Below are positions 35,539 to 44,691 of a stretch of DNA of 64,000 bases, one piece after another (the stretch's first letter is position 1; each line of letters starts with the position of its first letter). The notes under the pieces are model-generated. The model was not told where the DNA came from. It did no database searches and worked only from the letters and a program-made list of their open reading frames with translations. The position numbers and the translations under genes were made by a program. Origin of the DNA: Eubacteriales bacterium (lineage in GTDB: Bacteria > Bacillota > Clostridia > Oscillospirales > CAG-382); the NCBI GenBank assembly GCA_045537905.1, contig JAZSQJ010000070.1, forward strand, positions 5,628-69,627, in the 5' to 3' direction.

Positions 35539-38500
35539 CTAATTGGAACGATTGTTTTTACGCTTATATCTCAGCACACAAGCTCCGCCAAAGGCAAGAA
35601 GCATTACAGCAATGCCGATATAAGGCATAAGGCGTCTTATCAGACTGCCGTTTGTGGAAGGAAGCTCATAACCGCCTGCATTGTAGAAGGTTATGCCTGA
35701 AGCGTTTGTTATTTCCCCACTTGCGGTTAAACCGTTAACACGGTCTTCGCTGTCAGCAATTTTGTAGGCCGTTTGATAGCCGCCCGCAGCAGTCTCGGTA
35801 ACAGTCCATACTGCACCAATGGGCAGGTTTTGGATCTGAACGGTCTGACCGTGAGCAAGACTGATTGTAGCGGCACCGTCAACAAAGGCAACGGAGGTAA
35901 TAACACCGCTTGTATCGGTACAGGAGTAGGTGCCTGTTAAGGGAGTAGCTCCGTTCATAACCCTTACGGTAAACTCAAAGCTTCCCGTAGTATTTTCCAC
36001 ACCCTCTACTTCCTTGGATATGGACAGCACACCGACAAGGGCGTTTTCAAAGCTGAAGGTGCTTACACCGCTACCCGTACCGTTAAGCAACAGGGTAGGT
36101 GTTGCGGTGGTTTTACCCGTAGAAGAATCAACAGAAAAATCAACCTTAAGGATGTAATAATCAGTATCGTAGCCGGGATAGATGTCTGCGCCCTCCTCGT
36201 TAATCAGGAAGTAGGCGCTTGCACTTGTATCCCAAGAGGAGTTAAAGCTGAGTGTGAAGCTTACGGGTGCCGCCGCCGTGCCGTTAACCATAACGGTTTG
36301 AGACATCACAACACCGCCGTCAACGGGTACATAGGCACCGTCAACCAAGCTTACCTGCGTCAATTTCACGGTGTAATCGTGGTCGGCACCGTCGGAATTG
36401 AGCAGAGTTTTGTTACCGTTTACGCTTAGCTCAATCGGATCGACGCTGTTTGTAACCGTAACGACGTGCTTAGTGGAAAGAGCCGCATTACCAACAACGA
36501 CGCCGCCGTTGGTTGACAGGGTCTGGCTAAGGCTTCCATCCCACGCCGTATATGTGCCTGGGTTATTATTAGCACAGCTAAAGGAATAAGCCGTTTTATA
36601 GGTAGTGCTTGTTACCTCGTTAAGCTCTATCTTGGTCTCAGCCAGGATATTGTTGAACTTAACATACTTGTCAGAGCTGAACGTAACCTTACCTGCGGTG
36701 GTCACTGTGTGCATACCGCTTACCAAGGTGCCGTCGGCATTATATAGCTCATAGGGAGTGCCCACCGGGACGGGAACACCGTCAAATTTCAGGTCGAAGG
36801 TAAAGTTTCTTACCGCATTATTGAAGTCATCAAGCTCCTTGTGTATCTCAAGGGAGCTGTAGTAGTTTTCGTTAACCACATTGGTTACGTCAACTATCTG
36901 GATAGTCTGACGTTCATCAATAGTACGCTTAAAGATCTGAACCTCGGTAAGACCTACAACACCGCTGCCGGAGCCGGGAACGGTATTATCGCCCACAACT
37001 ATAGAATCCACGTAAACCTTTACTACAACTATGTTGCCGATAACGGGAGTACCCGTAATGGCATATTTGCGGACGTTGGCGGTAGATTCAATCTGTACGT
37101 GCTGATTTTTAGTAACAGAACCGAGGAGCGTACACTGGGTATAAGATTTTGCGTAACCGACGTACACCTCAATCCTATCGGGAAAGCCGCCGTAGTAACG
37201 ATTCCTTACAGTGGAGTATACGTTTACCTCGCCGACCTCAGCCGCCTCAGGTAAAACGAAATAGATATTAAACGACCCGGTGCTCAAAGGGTTAAAGCCG
37301 CTTGTGGTGACTTCCATAACGTTTGACGTGCCGTTTGTGGAAATAACACCGTCGTTTAGTTTACCTGCGTGGTCTATTGTATGTGCCGTGTATCCGTTTG
37401 CTTCGCCGTAGTCGCTCGTGTTGGGGACTGCCTGGCTACCCAAGGCGTACAAACCGCCGTTGGTTGATGCGGCAACATTTATATGCATAGCTTCCTCGGC
37501 ACCGCTGTTAGCGTGAATATGGTCGCTTTCTATAGCGTAGTAGTGTACTCCACCCACGACAATATCCTCGTTAACGTTACTAGACGGGGGATTTGGTGCA
37601 ATTTCTATAGTGACCGCCGAATACTGTGAGGCGTATTTTTTATCAACAAGCTCCCTGACGAAAAACTCTTTATCAAGGGGAACACCGCCCATTGCAACTT
37701 CATTCGCTTTAATGCGGATAATGCCGTTTGCATCAACAGTTCTACTTTCTATAAACTGAAGAGTCGCTTTGTCATACACCGCATATTCCGTACCGGGCTC
37801 TATAAGAACGGTATTATTATCGGTATCAGAAACACCGTCAATATGTTCAACTATCTGGAAAAGATAGTAGGGGTCGCCGACAACGGTACCGGCTTGAACC
37901 TCTTTGGAAATCTCTATACTGTTTTTAGGCATTGCAGTAAGGTTGAAGTTGATGCTGCACATACTGGAGCCCGAACCGCGCTCCATATAGTAGAAGTCAA
38001 GGGAGTGAACGGTATCTTCTGCAAAAGTACCGTTTACCAAGCTATTTGTGCTCATACCTGCCGCAGTAAGAATTTCAGCAAAGGTAACTACCTTATAGGG
38101 GGTAGATTCAATTTCACCCGTAAAGTCAAGCAGCTTGTAGTAGTAAACCTTACCCTCCCTGAAATTGATGGTACCGCCAACGTGGCTGTGGATACCTGAA
38201 AGGTCCAGGAACAAAACACCGTCAAGATATACCCAAACGTCATCGTCACCGGTGAAATTAAAGGTCATATCGTCCTTATCTGCACCTACAACACCGCCCT
38301 TGGGCTGTGCAAAATCAAAATGTATATCCATACCGAAGAAGAAGTTGCTTTCTTCATCGAAGTCTATGGAAAACAACTTATCAAAGCCGTTTTTTGCCAC
38401 CGTCTTTTCGTAAAGCTGATAAGAAGCGTCGGTGGTAGACGTTACCTTATCGGAATAATATTTAAGAAGCTGATAAGGCAGTACGCCTGCGCTTTCATAT

Positions 38501-40902
38501 CCGCTGAGGAAAGAAGAGGTACCCGTAAGGTTTGTATACATCTTTTCCATAACGTCTGCCAAGTTTTTATAGCACGCAAGACCTGTGGTATTATACAACG
38601 CATAGGCACTTGCAACAGTTCTCTTTATGTAGTTAAGGTTTACATAATTGGAGGTACCCGTAGTACCGTCTGCGTTTGTGTATGTCTGAGGAGACAAAGG
38701 CGTAGTATCCGTTGCAAGATTTGTAAAGGGCATAAAGTTGCCGAAGGGATACATTATAAAGTTAGGCGTTATCTCCTCATCATAAAGCTTAAAGGTATTG
38801 GTTGCACTGTCCCACTGAGCGTGAGTCTCACGGGAGTCAAAATAATAAAGCTGTTTTTCAGGATCGTATTGGAAAAGGCCCGTTATGTTTTGACTGTTCT
38901 TTTGCTCAATATAGCTTAACCTCGTTTCTCTGCCGTTTTTGAACAAATACCCAAGGTCCGTACCGTTAATAAGGGCAGGCGAACCGTTTTTAAGCAAGGG
39001 ATACATAGCGCCCTCGGTAGCCTTTATCGCTGCAAAACCGGGATAAAGCTTATTTATACCTTGAGGATTTCCTGCGCTACCGCAAACGTTAAACTGAGTC
39101 ATATCAAAATCGGAAACGATAAGATCGCCAAAGCCGAAATCGTAGCGTTCATAGTTGAACTCACCGGGAGTTATCGGTGCGGGACGCTGGAAGCCGGGGC
39201 GAGGATAGGCGGTACCGGATGCCTGATCCTGCTGCCACAAGGTGTTAATATGTTCACCGGCTAAGGATCCACCGTAGTCGAACAAATTGATATCAATAAA
39301 ACTCGTGGTATTCGGTGTGGTTATACCGCCGTGGATAAACTTGGAGTTGTCAATAATGCTCTCCTTGGCATAGGTACCAAACAGCAGATAACCAACGCCC
39401 TCGCTTACAGGTGTGGTAGCCGTGCTTTTCGTAGCACTTGCCCAGGTAGGAACAACGGTCGGTGTACCCGATGCGTTATAACTGATAACCGAGTCGCCCC
39501 TCTTTACGTCGGGATCAATAGTAACACCCATCGTCCTGCCGGAGGCATCGGTAAAGAGAGGATGAACCATCAGCAGGTAACCGTTTTCATCCGTATTTGC
39601 TATAGACCTTTTACTTGATCCGTCCTTATGCACGGAATGAACGTAATGGATACCGGTGGTGTAGTTATACTCTATGCGATAGCAATACCAAGAGCTGTAA
39701 TCCAATTGATTAATCCAGGTTTCACCGCTGCTTGCATACATAGCATCCAAAAACGCACCGACGGACTTACCCTTTATAACCATCCCGTAACGCCAGCCAA
39801 CCCAAGCCAGCTCATTTACGTCATACATTGTGTATCTGCCCGTCTCGTCAACGGGTATAACATAGGTTGAAGGAACGGAAACGCCCGCCATAAGCTCGGT
39901 AAGCTTGGAGTAGTTTGTTACAAGATGACGAAGGTTTTCGGGTATCTCGTAATAAATAAGATCAGGAATCCTGTAGGCTTCCATTATTTCAACGAGACGC
40001 TTTTCAAAAGCATCCATATCGTCCTCAAGAAGTGCCATTTCTTCCCACGCCTCATCACATGTGGGAAGCTTATCTATAGCGTCTATAACGAAATCAATCC
40101 GTTCCAGCTCGTCAGCACTGACTGTCTTACGCTCAACCTGAGTTATAAGACCGTAACCCATAACGCTGTCATCTACGCTATAACTGATCTCAGCAACAGC
40201 GTTGTCAACGTCGCCCTCAATAACGGTAAAGCCGCTGTCTTCTACGGATTTTACAACAGCAACTGCATCTGCCTTGCCGTTTTTATCCTTATCAAAGAAA
40301 ACAAGGTCGCCCTTACCGGGTGCGGCACCGTCATACTCTGTATAAAGTCCGTCCTTTTCCCACTCAAGTCTCATTGCATCTACACCTGAGTTATAAGGAA
40401 CCATAATCTCGGTTATATCAGAATAATAAAGGCAGAAGCTAGCAAACAAAGCAGACCAATCACCGTAGGGACTGCCGTGCCACGCACCGTAACGGTTATA
40501 GCCCTGACGGTTGCCCTCAGCGTCGAGTATAAAGTTAAGCTCACTTTCCGTGTAGCCAAGCTGAGTGGTTGCAATGGCAACGATATCATCCGCCAAAACC
40601 CCTGAAAGCTTTACGCCGGAAACAGAAGCGTCCCAATCCACCTGGGTCTCCAGATCCGCCTCCAGGTTTGAATAACAGCTTGCTATATGAGTGTGCTCCT
40701 CTTTCTCACAGCCTTCAGCAAGACAAGCCTCGTTATGGGTATGCTCATCCATACCGCAAAAAGCCTCGTCCGCCATAGTTATACCTATAAGCTTAAGCCA
40801 CCAGAATACACCAAGTACAACGGTGATGGCAAGCATAAGCACCAAAAGCCTTTTAGTGCTTAAGACCTTGTTGCCGTTGTAATCGAAAGTCTTTAATCTC
40901 AT
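35539..40902 (-). CDS. 1787-aa pilus tip adhesin candidate: Cys/His motif, CHAP-like domain, fibro-slime/PA14-like domain, Cna-B/SpaA-like domains, divergent sorting signal
   Basis: Signal-anchor; CGMDEHTHNEAC..C..EEHTHIASC. CHAP-like region aa ~105-252 (YGAWHGSPYGDWSALFASFC ... GDLVFFDKDKNGKADAVAVV...VIEGD). FTGDDDVWVYLDGVLFLDLSGIH (encoded around 38220-38260) is a fibro-slime/PA14 hallmark. E-box-like WTVTETAAGGY. C-terminal YELPSTNGS plus hydrophobic helix plus RYKRKNNRSN. Confidence 0.75.
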   Translation of the reverse strand: MRLKTFDYNGNKVLSTKRLLVLMLAITVVLGVFWWLKLIGITMADEAFCGMDEHTHNEACLAEGCEKEEHTHIASCYSNLEADLETQVDWDASVSGVKLSGVLADDIVAIATTQLGYTESELNFILDAEGNRQGYNRYGAWHGSPYGDWSALFASFCLYYSDITEIMVPYNSGVDAMRLEWEKDGLYTEYDGAAPGKGDLVFFDKDKNGKADAVAVVKSVEDSGFTVIEGDVDNAVAEISYSVDDSVMGYGLITQVERKTVSADELERIDFVIDAIDKLPTCDEAWEEMALLEDDMDAFEKRLVEIMEAYRIPDLIYYEIPENLRHLVTNYSKLTELMAGVSVPSTYVIPVDETGRYTMYDVNELAWVGWRYGMVIKGKSVGAFLDAMYASSGETWINQLDYSSWYCYRIEYNYTTGIHYVHSVHKDGSSKRSIANTDENGYLLMVHPLFTDASGRTMGVTIDPDVKRGDSVISYNASGTPTVVPTWASATKSTATTPVSEGVGYLLFGTYAKESIIDNSKFIHGGITTPNTTSFIDINLFDYGGSLAGEHINTLWQQDQASGTAYPRPGFQRPAPITPGEFNYERYDFGFGDLIVSDFDMTQFNVCGSAGNPQGINKLYPGFAAIKATEGAMYPLLKNGSPALINGTDLGYLFKNGRETRLSYIEQKNSQNITGLFQYDPEKQLYYFDSRETHAQWDSATNTFKLYDEEITPNFIMYPFGNFMPFTNLATDTTPLSPQTYTNADGTTGTSNYVNLNYIKRTVASAYALYNTTGLACYKNLADVMEKMYTNLTGTSSFLSGYESAGVLPYQLLKYYSDKVTSTTDASYQLYEKTVAKNGFDKLFSIDFDEESNFFFGMDIHFDFAQPKGGVVGADKDDMTFNFTGDDDVWVYLDGVLFLDLSGIHSHVGGTINFREGKVYYYKLLDFTGEIESTPYKVVTFAEILTAAGMSTNSLVNGTFAEDTVHSLDFYYMERGSGSSMCSINFNLTAMPKNSIEISKEVQAGTVVGDPYYLFQIVEHIDGVSDTDNNTVLIEPGTEYAVYDKATLQFIESRTVDANGIIRIKANEVAMGGVPLDKEFFVRELVDKKYASQYSAVTIEIAPNPPSSNVNEDIVVGGVHYYAIESDHIHANSGAEEAMHINVAASTNGGLYALGSQAVPNTSDYGEANGYTAHTIDHAGKLNDGVISTNGTSNVMEVTTSGFNPLSTGSFNIYFVLPEAAEVGEVNVYSTVRNRYYGGFPDRIEVYVGYAKSYTQCTLLGSVTKNQHVQIESTANVRKYAITGTPVIGNIVVVKVYVDSIVVGDNTVPGSGSGVVGLTEVQIFKRTIDERQTIQIVDVTNVVNENYYSSLEIHKELDDFNNAVRNFTFDLKFDGVPVPVGTPYELYNADGTLVSGMHTVTTAGKVTFSSDKYVKFNNILAETKIELNEVTSTTYKTAYSFSCANNNPGTYTAWDGSLSQTLSTNGGVVVGNAALSTKHVVTVTNSVDPIELSVNGNKTLLNSDGADHDYTVKLTQVSLVDGAYVPVDGGVVMSQTVMVNGTAAAPVSFTLSFNSSWDTSASAYFLINEEGADIYPGYDTDYYILKVDFSVDSSTGKTTATPTLLLNGTGSGVSTFSFENALVGVLSISKEVEGVENTTGSFEFTVRVMNGATPLTGTYSCTDTSGVITSVAFVDGAATISLAHGQTVQIQNLPIGAVWTVTETAAGGYQTAYKIADSEDRVNGLTASGEITNASGITFYNAGGYELPSTNGSLIRRLMPYIGIAVMLLAFGGACVLRYKRKNNRSN

Positions 40903-40923
40903 AATTACCTCTATATAACGTAT

Positions 40924-41523
40924 TTACCCTAGCCAATCAAATTTTGAAAAGGGCCATATTCTTAAAAATATCTTACCAATCAACTGCTCGTCCGTTATAC
41001 AGCCTATTACGGTGCTGCGGCTGTCAATGGAGGTGTCTCTTTCATCACCCATCATAAAATACTGGCTTTCAGGCACCTGATACGGAAACTCCACGTCACA
41101 CTCACCCAGAGACTTGTTAACTACGTAGGGCTCCTCTATCAGCTCAGAGTTAACGTAAACGTTACCCTCTGCATCTATATCAATAACGTCGCCCGGCGTG
41201 CCTATAATACGCTTGATAAGCACCTTATTCGAAAAGGAAAAGGCACACACGTCGCCAAGCTTTAAGCTTTTGGTTTTAACAAGGACAACCACTTCCCCCT
41301 CGTTAAGGGTTGGGGACATACTGTTGCCCGCAATCTGTACCACGGGAAAAACCAAGGTGGCAATAAGCACCGCAACCGCCGCAACAACTATAAGTCCGTA
41401 GACCGTGCTCTTCAACACCCTCTTGTAGCGTTGCTTATATTTTTCCCTCTTAATTTCCTTTTCCAAAGCCGTTGCCGTTGGTAAGGAAACGTTTTCGATA
41501 TTTTTATCCATTTTGTTCATCAC
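40924..41523 (-). CDS. Type I signal peptidase (S26) encoded in the pilus operon
   Basis: GNSMSPTL (catalytic Ser), LIKRIIGTPGD (Lys box), MMGDERDTSIDSR. Confidence 0.85.
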   Translation of the reverse strand: MMNKMDKNIENVSLPTATALEKEIKREKYKQRYKRVLKSTVYGLIVVAAVAVLIATLVFPVVQIAGNSMSPTLNEGEVVVLVKTKSLKLGDVCAFSFSNKVLIKRIIGTPGDVIDIDAEGNVYVNSELIEEPYVVNKSLGECDVEFPYQVPESQYFMMGDERDTSIDSRSTVIGCITDEQLIGKIFLRIWPFSKFDWLG

Positions 41524-41836
41524 TCGTTTGATCGGCAGTCTGCATAGCGGTGCCTGCCTTTTCTTCCAAAAATTTATTAATACGCATTATGTTCTGGAGA
41601 TATTGAGCCGCTGCAGCATCAACCGCCTCAAAGACGCCGTTTATTTTTAACGCCGCCTCTGCCATCGTGCCTGCTTCCGTCTCCAAAAGCTCTCGCCTCT
41701 TTAGCATTTTGTTTGCCTCGGCAAGCTCTGCTTCCAATCTGTCTGCACGGGAGGTTTGCACCAGCAATAATTCCAACAATTGTTTTCTGTTTAGCTTCTT
41801 AAGCTCTTTTTCTGTCAACAAGCCTCCCCCTTTCAA
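41504..41836 (-). CDS. Small coiled-coil protein, first gene of the pilus operon
   Basis: Heptad-rich LLELLLVQTSRADRLEAELAEANKMLKRRELLETEAG. Overlaps the signal peptidase start by 20 nt. The real start is probably one of the TTG codons at 41821-41816, after GGAGG. Confidence 0.5.
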   Translation of the reverse strand: MKGGGLLTEKELKKLNRKQLLELLLVQTSRADRLEAELAEANKMLKRRELLETEAGTMAEAALKINGVFEAVDAAAAQYLQNIMRINKFLEEKAGTAMQTADQTSDEQNG

Positions 41837-41869
41837 ACGATATTTAGTCCAAATATTACTCCTGCTACT

Positions 41870-41898
41870 AGTATAGCACTTTTCCTAGCATAAATCAA
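41870..41898 (-). promoter_or_regulatory. Sigma-A-type promoter of the pilus operon
   Basis: Minus strand TTGATT (41898-41893), 17 nt, TGcTATACT (41878-41870). Confidence 0.55.
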
Positions 41899-42097
41899 TA
41901 GTAATATGACATTTTTAATGTCTTTTTAATAATTTCATTAAAAACGACAAAAGAGGCCAGGCGGCCCCTCTTGTCTCTTTCCGTATGCGTTTTTTGCCTT
42001 AAGAAGCATATAATACGCTGCGTCGTATATTGCCTCAACATTAAGCGCTACGGCAATTTCTCTTATAAAATCTCTAAGCTTAAGTTTAGCTCCGTAG

Positions 42098-42283
42098 TTA
42101 TTTCATAGAGTTTTCGGCGTTCTGGATCATCTTCTTAACCATCTGACCGCCGATGCTGCCTGCCTGCTTTGCAGTAAGGTCGCCGTTGTAGCCCTGCTTG
42201 AGGTTTACGCCTACGTCGCTTGCAGCTTCCATCTTGAACTTATCCATAGCTTCTCTTGCTTCGGGAACTAAAGTCTTCTTCAT
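42098..42283 (-). CDS. Alpha/beta-type small acid-soluble spore protein
   Basis: EAMDKFKMEAASDVGVNL..GYNGDLTAKQAGSIGGQMVKKMI: SASP signature; 61 aa. Confidence 0.92.
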   Translation of the reverse strand: MKKTLVPEAREAMDKFKMEAASDVGVNLKQGYNGDLTAKQAGSIGGQMVKKMIQNAENSMK

Positions 42284-42341
42284 AATTATTCTCCTTAAAC
42301 TGTTTGTGTTGTTATATCGTCAGAGGCTTTTGCCTCGTTGG

Positions 42342-42370
42342 TATTATGTGATTTAACCGCAAAAATATAC
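42342..42370 (-). promoter_or_regulatory. Forespore (sigma-G/F-type) promoter candidate for the SASP gene
   Basis: Minus strand GTATA (42370-42366), 17 nt, CATAATA (42348-42342). This fits the GHATR-N17/18-CATxHTA consensus as I recall it. Confidence 0.45.
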
Positions 42371-42405
42371 TGGTAATTAATGGAAATTACGTTAATCATT
42401 AATAC

Positions 42406-42434
42406 TTGACCCTTTGTATATATTGTGTTAAAAT
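42406..42434 (+). promoter_or_regulatory. Sigma-A-type promoter of the aldose epimerase gene
   Basis: TTGACC (42406-42411), 17 nt, TGtTAAAAT (42426-42434). Confidence 0.55.
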
Positions 42435-42463
42435 GTTTAGAAACATCAGAAAGGATCAGAGCT

Positions 42464-43315
42464 ATGATTGTAAAAATAAACGACGGCAAGCTTTTTGTGG
42501 AAATAGAAACAAAGGGTGCGGAGCTTATGCGGATAGCTGACGAAAAGGGTACGGACTTTTTGTGGAACGGCGACAGCAGGTTTTGGGGCAGAAGGGCACC
42601 CGTGCTTTTCCCTATCTGCGGCGGAATGAAGGACGACAGCTATCTTCTCGGCGGAAAGAGATACCCTATGACCAAGCACGGCTTTTGCAGAGATGCGGAG
42701 TTTACTTTGGGTGAACACAACGGTAACACAGCAGTGTTTTATATTGAGGACAACGGGGAAAGATTTAAGCTGTTTCCTTTCCGTTTCAGGTTTTCTGTAA
42801 AATACACGGTAAAGGACGGCACGCTGTACGTAGGCTATATCGTTGAAAACAAGGACGAAAAGGATATGTATTTCTCCGTAGGCTCCCACGAAGCCTACGC
42901 CTGCCCCGAGGGGATAGAGGACTACAGGGTAAGGTTTGAAAGGGAAGAAAGGCTGGAAAGCCTTGTTATAGAAAACAACCTTATCCAACCCCACACCGTA
43001 ACAGTAGCTGAAAAGACCGACGTTTTACCATTGAAATACGATTACTTTGCAGTAGACGCCTTGTGTTTCCGTAACCTTAGCTCTAAAAAGCTATGGCTGG
43101 AGGGCAAGGGTCGCAGTATAGAAATAAGCTGGGATGATTTTGAGTTTGTGTTGCTTTGGACAAAGCCTTCCGCTCCCTTCCTTTGCGTGGAGCTTAATTG
43201 CGGTACCGACGATTTTGTAGGTGCAAGTGGCGATATAGAGACGAAAGAAGGCATTATCCGTCTTGAAGCGGGCGGAGTGTTTGAACGCACCCACGGTATG
43301 AAGTTTTTTGCATAA
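42464..43315 (+). CDS. Aldose 1-epimerase family protein (LacX/mutarotase-like)
   Basis: Start ATG 42464 after AAAGGA. APVLFPICGG...YPMTKHGFCRD, FSVGSHEAY: galactose-mutarotase-like fold motifs. Confidence 0.75.
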   Translation: MIVKINDGKLFVEIETKGAELMRIADEKGTDFLWNGDSRFWGRRAPVLFPICGGMKDDSYLLGGKRYPMTKHGFCRDAEFTLGEHNGNTAVFYIEDNGERFKLFPFRFRFSVKYTVKDGTLYVGYIVENKDEKDMYFSVGSHEAYACPEGIEDYRVRFEREERLESLVIENNLIQPHTVTVAEKTDVLPLKYDYFAVDALCFRNLSSKKLWLEGKGRSIEISWDDFEFVLLWTKPSAPFLCVELNCGTDDFVGASGDIETKEGIIRLEAGGVFERTHGMKFFA

Positions 43316-43392
43316 TAATAAACCGTATTCCTTATGTTTTATCTTTATTTTGGGTGCAATTCTTTTGTGCTGCGTTTAGGACCGTCGAGGAC

Positions 43393-44691
43393 TGTATAGT
43401 ATGGTAGGATTGTTTACAGAATGTACGGGAGGATTGTTTACAGTTTTATGATAAAATAGAAGGCAATAAAATACAAAAAAAGGAAGTGTTTTAATGCCGT
43501 GGGAGAATAAAACTGTGGAAAAATTAAGGAAAGAATTCATTCAAAAAGCAATCCAAAAAGAAACGAGCATAAGTGCTTTATGCAGGGAATACGGAATAAG
43601 CAGACCTACCGGGTACAAGTGGATAGAGCGTTTCAAAAGTGGCGAGGGTCTCAGCGACAAATCTCATGAAGCGCTGTTTAAGCCGAGAAAAACGCCCATA
43701 GAAAAAGAAGAACTAATCGTATATACCAGACTGGAGCATCCCACTTGGGGACCCAGGAAGCTCAAACGGTTTCTGTATAACAAGGGATATGACAACCTTC
43801 CTGCTACCAGTACCATAGCAGATATTTTAAGACGCAACGATTTCATATCCCTCGAAGCCTCTGAGGCTCACACTCCGTGGAAAAGGTTTCAAAAGGATAC
43901 CCCTAACGATATGTGGCAAATGGATTTCAAAGGGAATTTCGGTTTGCTTGACGGAACAAGGTGTTTTCCTCTTACCATCTTAGACGATTATTCTCGCTAT
44001 TCACTTTGTGTAAACGCAATGAGTAATGAGCAGTGGATACCAACAAAAGCCTGCTTAGAAGGCGTTTTTAGAGAATACGGGCTGCCTTTTTCCATGCTAT
44101 GCGATAACGGAAACCCTTGGGGTAGTAACTGTGTAGGCTACACCTTGTTCGATGTATGGATGATGCAACTCGACGTGCTGCCAATTCACGGAAGAAGATT
44201 GCATCCTCAAACGCAAGGCAAGGAAGAACGGTTTCACAGGACGCTAAAGGAAGACGTACTCAAAAGAACGGTGTTAAGGGATATGAAACACGCCCAACAG
44301 GAATTTGACAGGTTTAGATATTGCTACAACCATGAAAGACCCCACGAAGCTCTGAATTTAGATGTACCCGCTAAACATTACAAAGCCAGTAAACGCCCAT
44401 ACATAAAAACCCCTAAAGAGCCGGAGTATGATAGCGGGAAGCAATTAAGAAAAGTAAATTACAAGGGCTATATATCTATCAATTGCTACAGGTATTATTT
44501 AGGTGAAAGCTTTATAGATAAGTATCTGGAAATTGTTTCGGAGGATGAGAAAAACCTCAATCTTTGCTATGGCAAATTTGCCATAGCAAAGATTGATACA
44601 GAACAGAAGCTAATTGTTTCTAAAAAGATTTACCGTAGGTAAATGTGTAAACAATCCTCCCGAACAAAGTGTAAACAATCCGTACTTGACA
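43393..44691 (+). mobile_element. IS481-family insertion sequence (1299 bp) with 6-bp target-site duplication
   Basis: TGT...ACA termini and imperfect ~25-bp IRs. GGATTGTTTACA is present twice at each end. The direct repeat GAGGAC lies at 43387-43392 and 44692-44697. Single transposase ORF. Confidence 0.85.
43494..44642 (+). CDS. IS481-family DDE transposase (HTH + rve integrase core)
   Basis: N-terminal HTH (ISALCREYGISRPTGYKW); WQMDFKG, LTILDDYSRY, DNGNPW, HPQTQGKEERFHRTLKE. Confidence 0.9.
   Translation: MPWENKTVEKLRKEFIQKAIQKETSISALCREYGISRPTGYKWIERFKSGEGLSDKSHEALFKPRKTPIEKEELIVYTRLEHPTWGPRKLKRFLYNKGYDNLPATSTIADILRRNDFISLEASEAHTPWKRFQKDTPNDMWQMDFKGNFGLLDGTRCFPLTILDDYSRYSLCVNAMSNEQWIPTKACLEGVFREYGLPFSMLCDNGNPWGSNCVGYTLFDVWMMQLDVLPIHGRRLHPQTQGKEERFHRTLKEDVLKRTVLRDMKHAQQEFDRFRYCYNHERPHEALNLDVPAKHYKASKRPYIKTPKEPEYDSGKQLRKVNYKGYISINCYRYYLGESFIDKYLEIVSEDEKNLNLCYGKFAIAKIDTEQKLIVSKKIYRR

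Noticed and set aside
41949-41975. GC-rich imperfect hairpin (aagaggccaggcggcccctctt) flanked by A- and T-runs, considered as the SASP gene terminator.
   Set aside because: The stem needs a 2-nt bulge and lies ~125 nt from the SASP stop. It is plausible but too weak to list as a feature.
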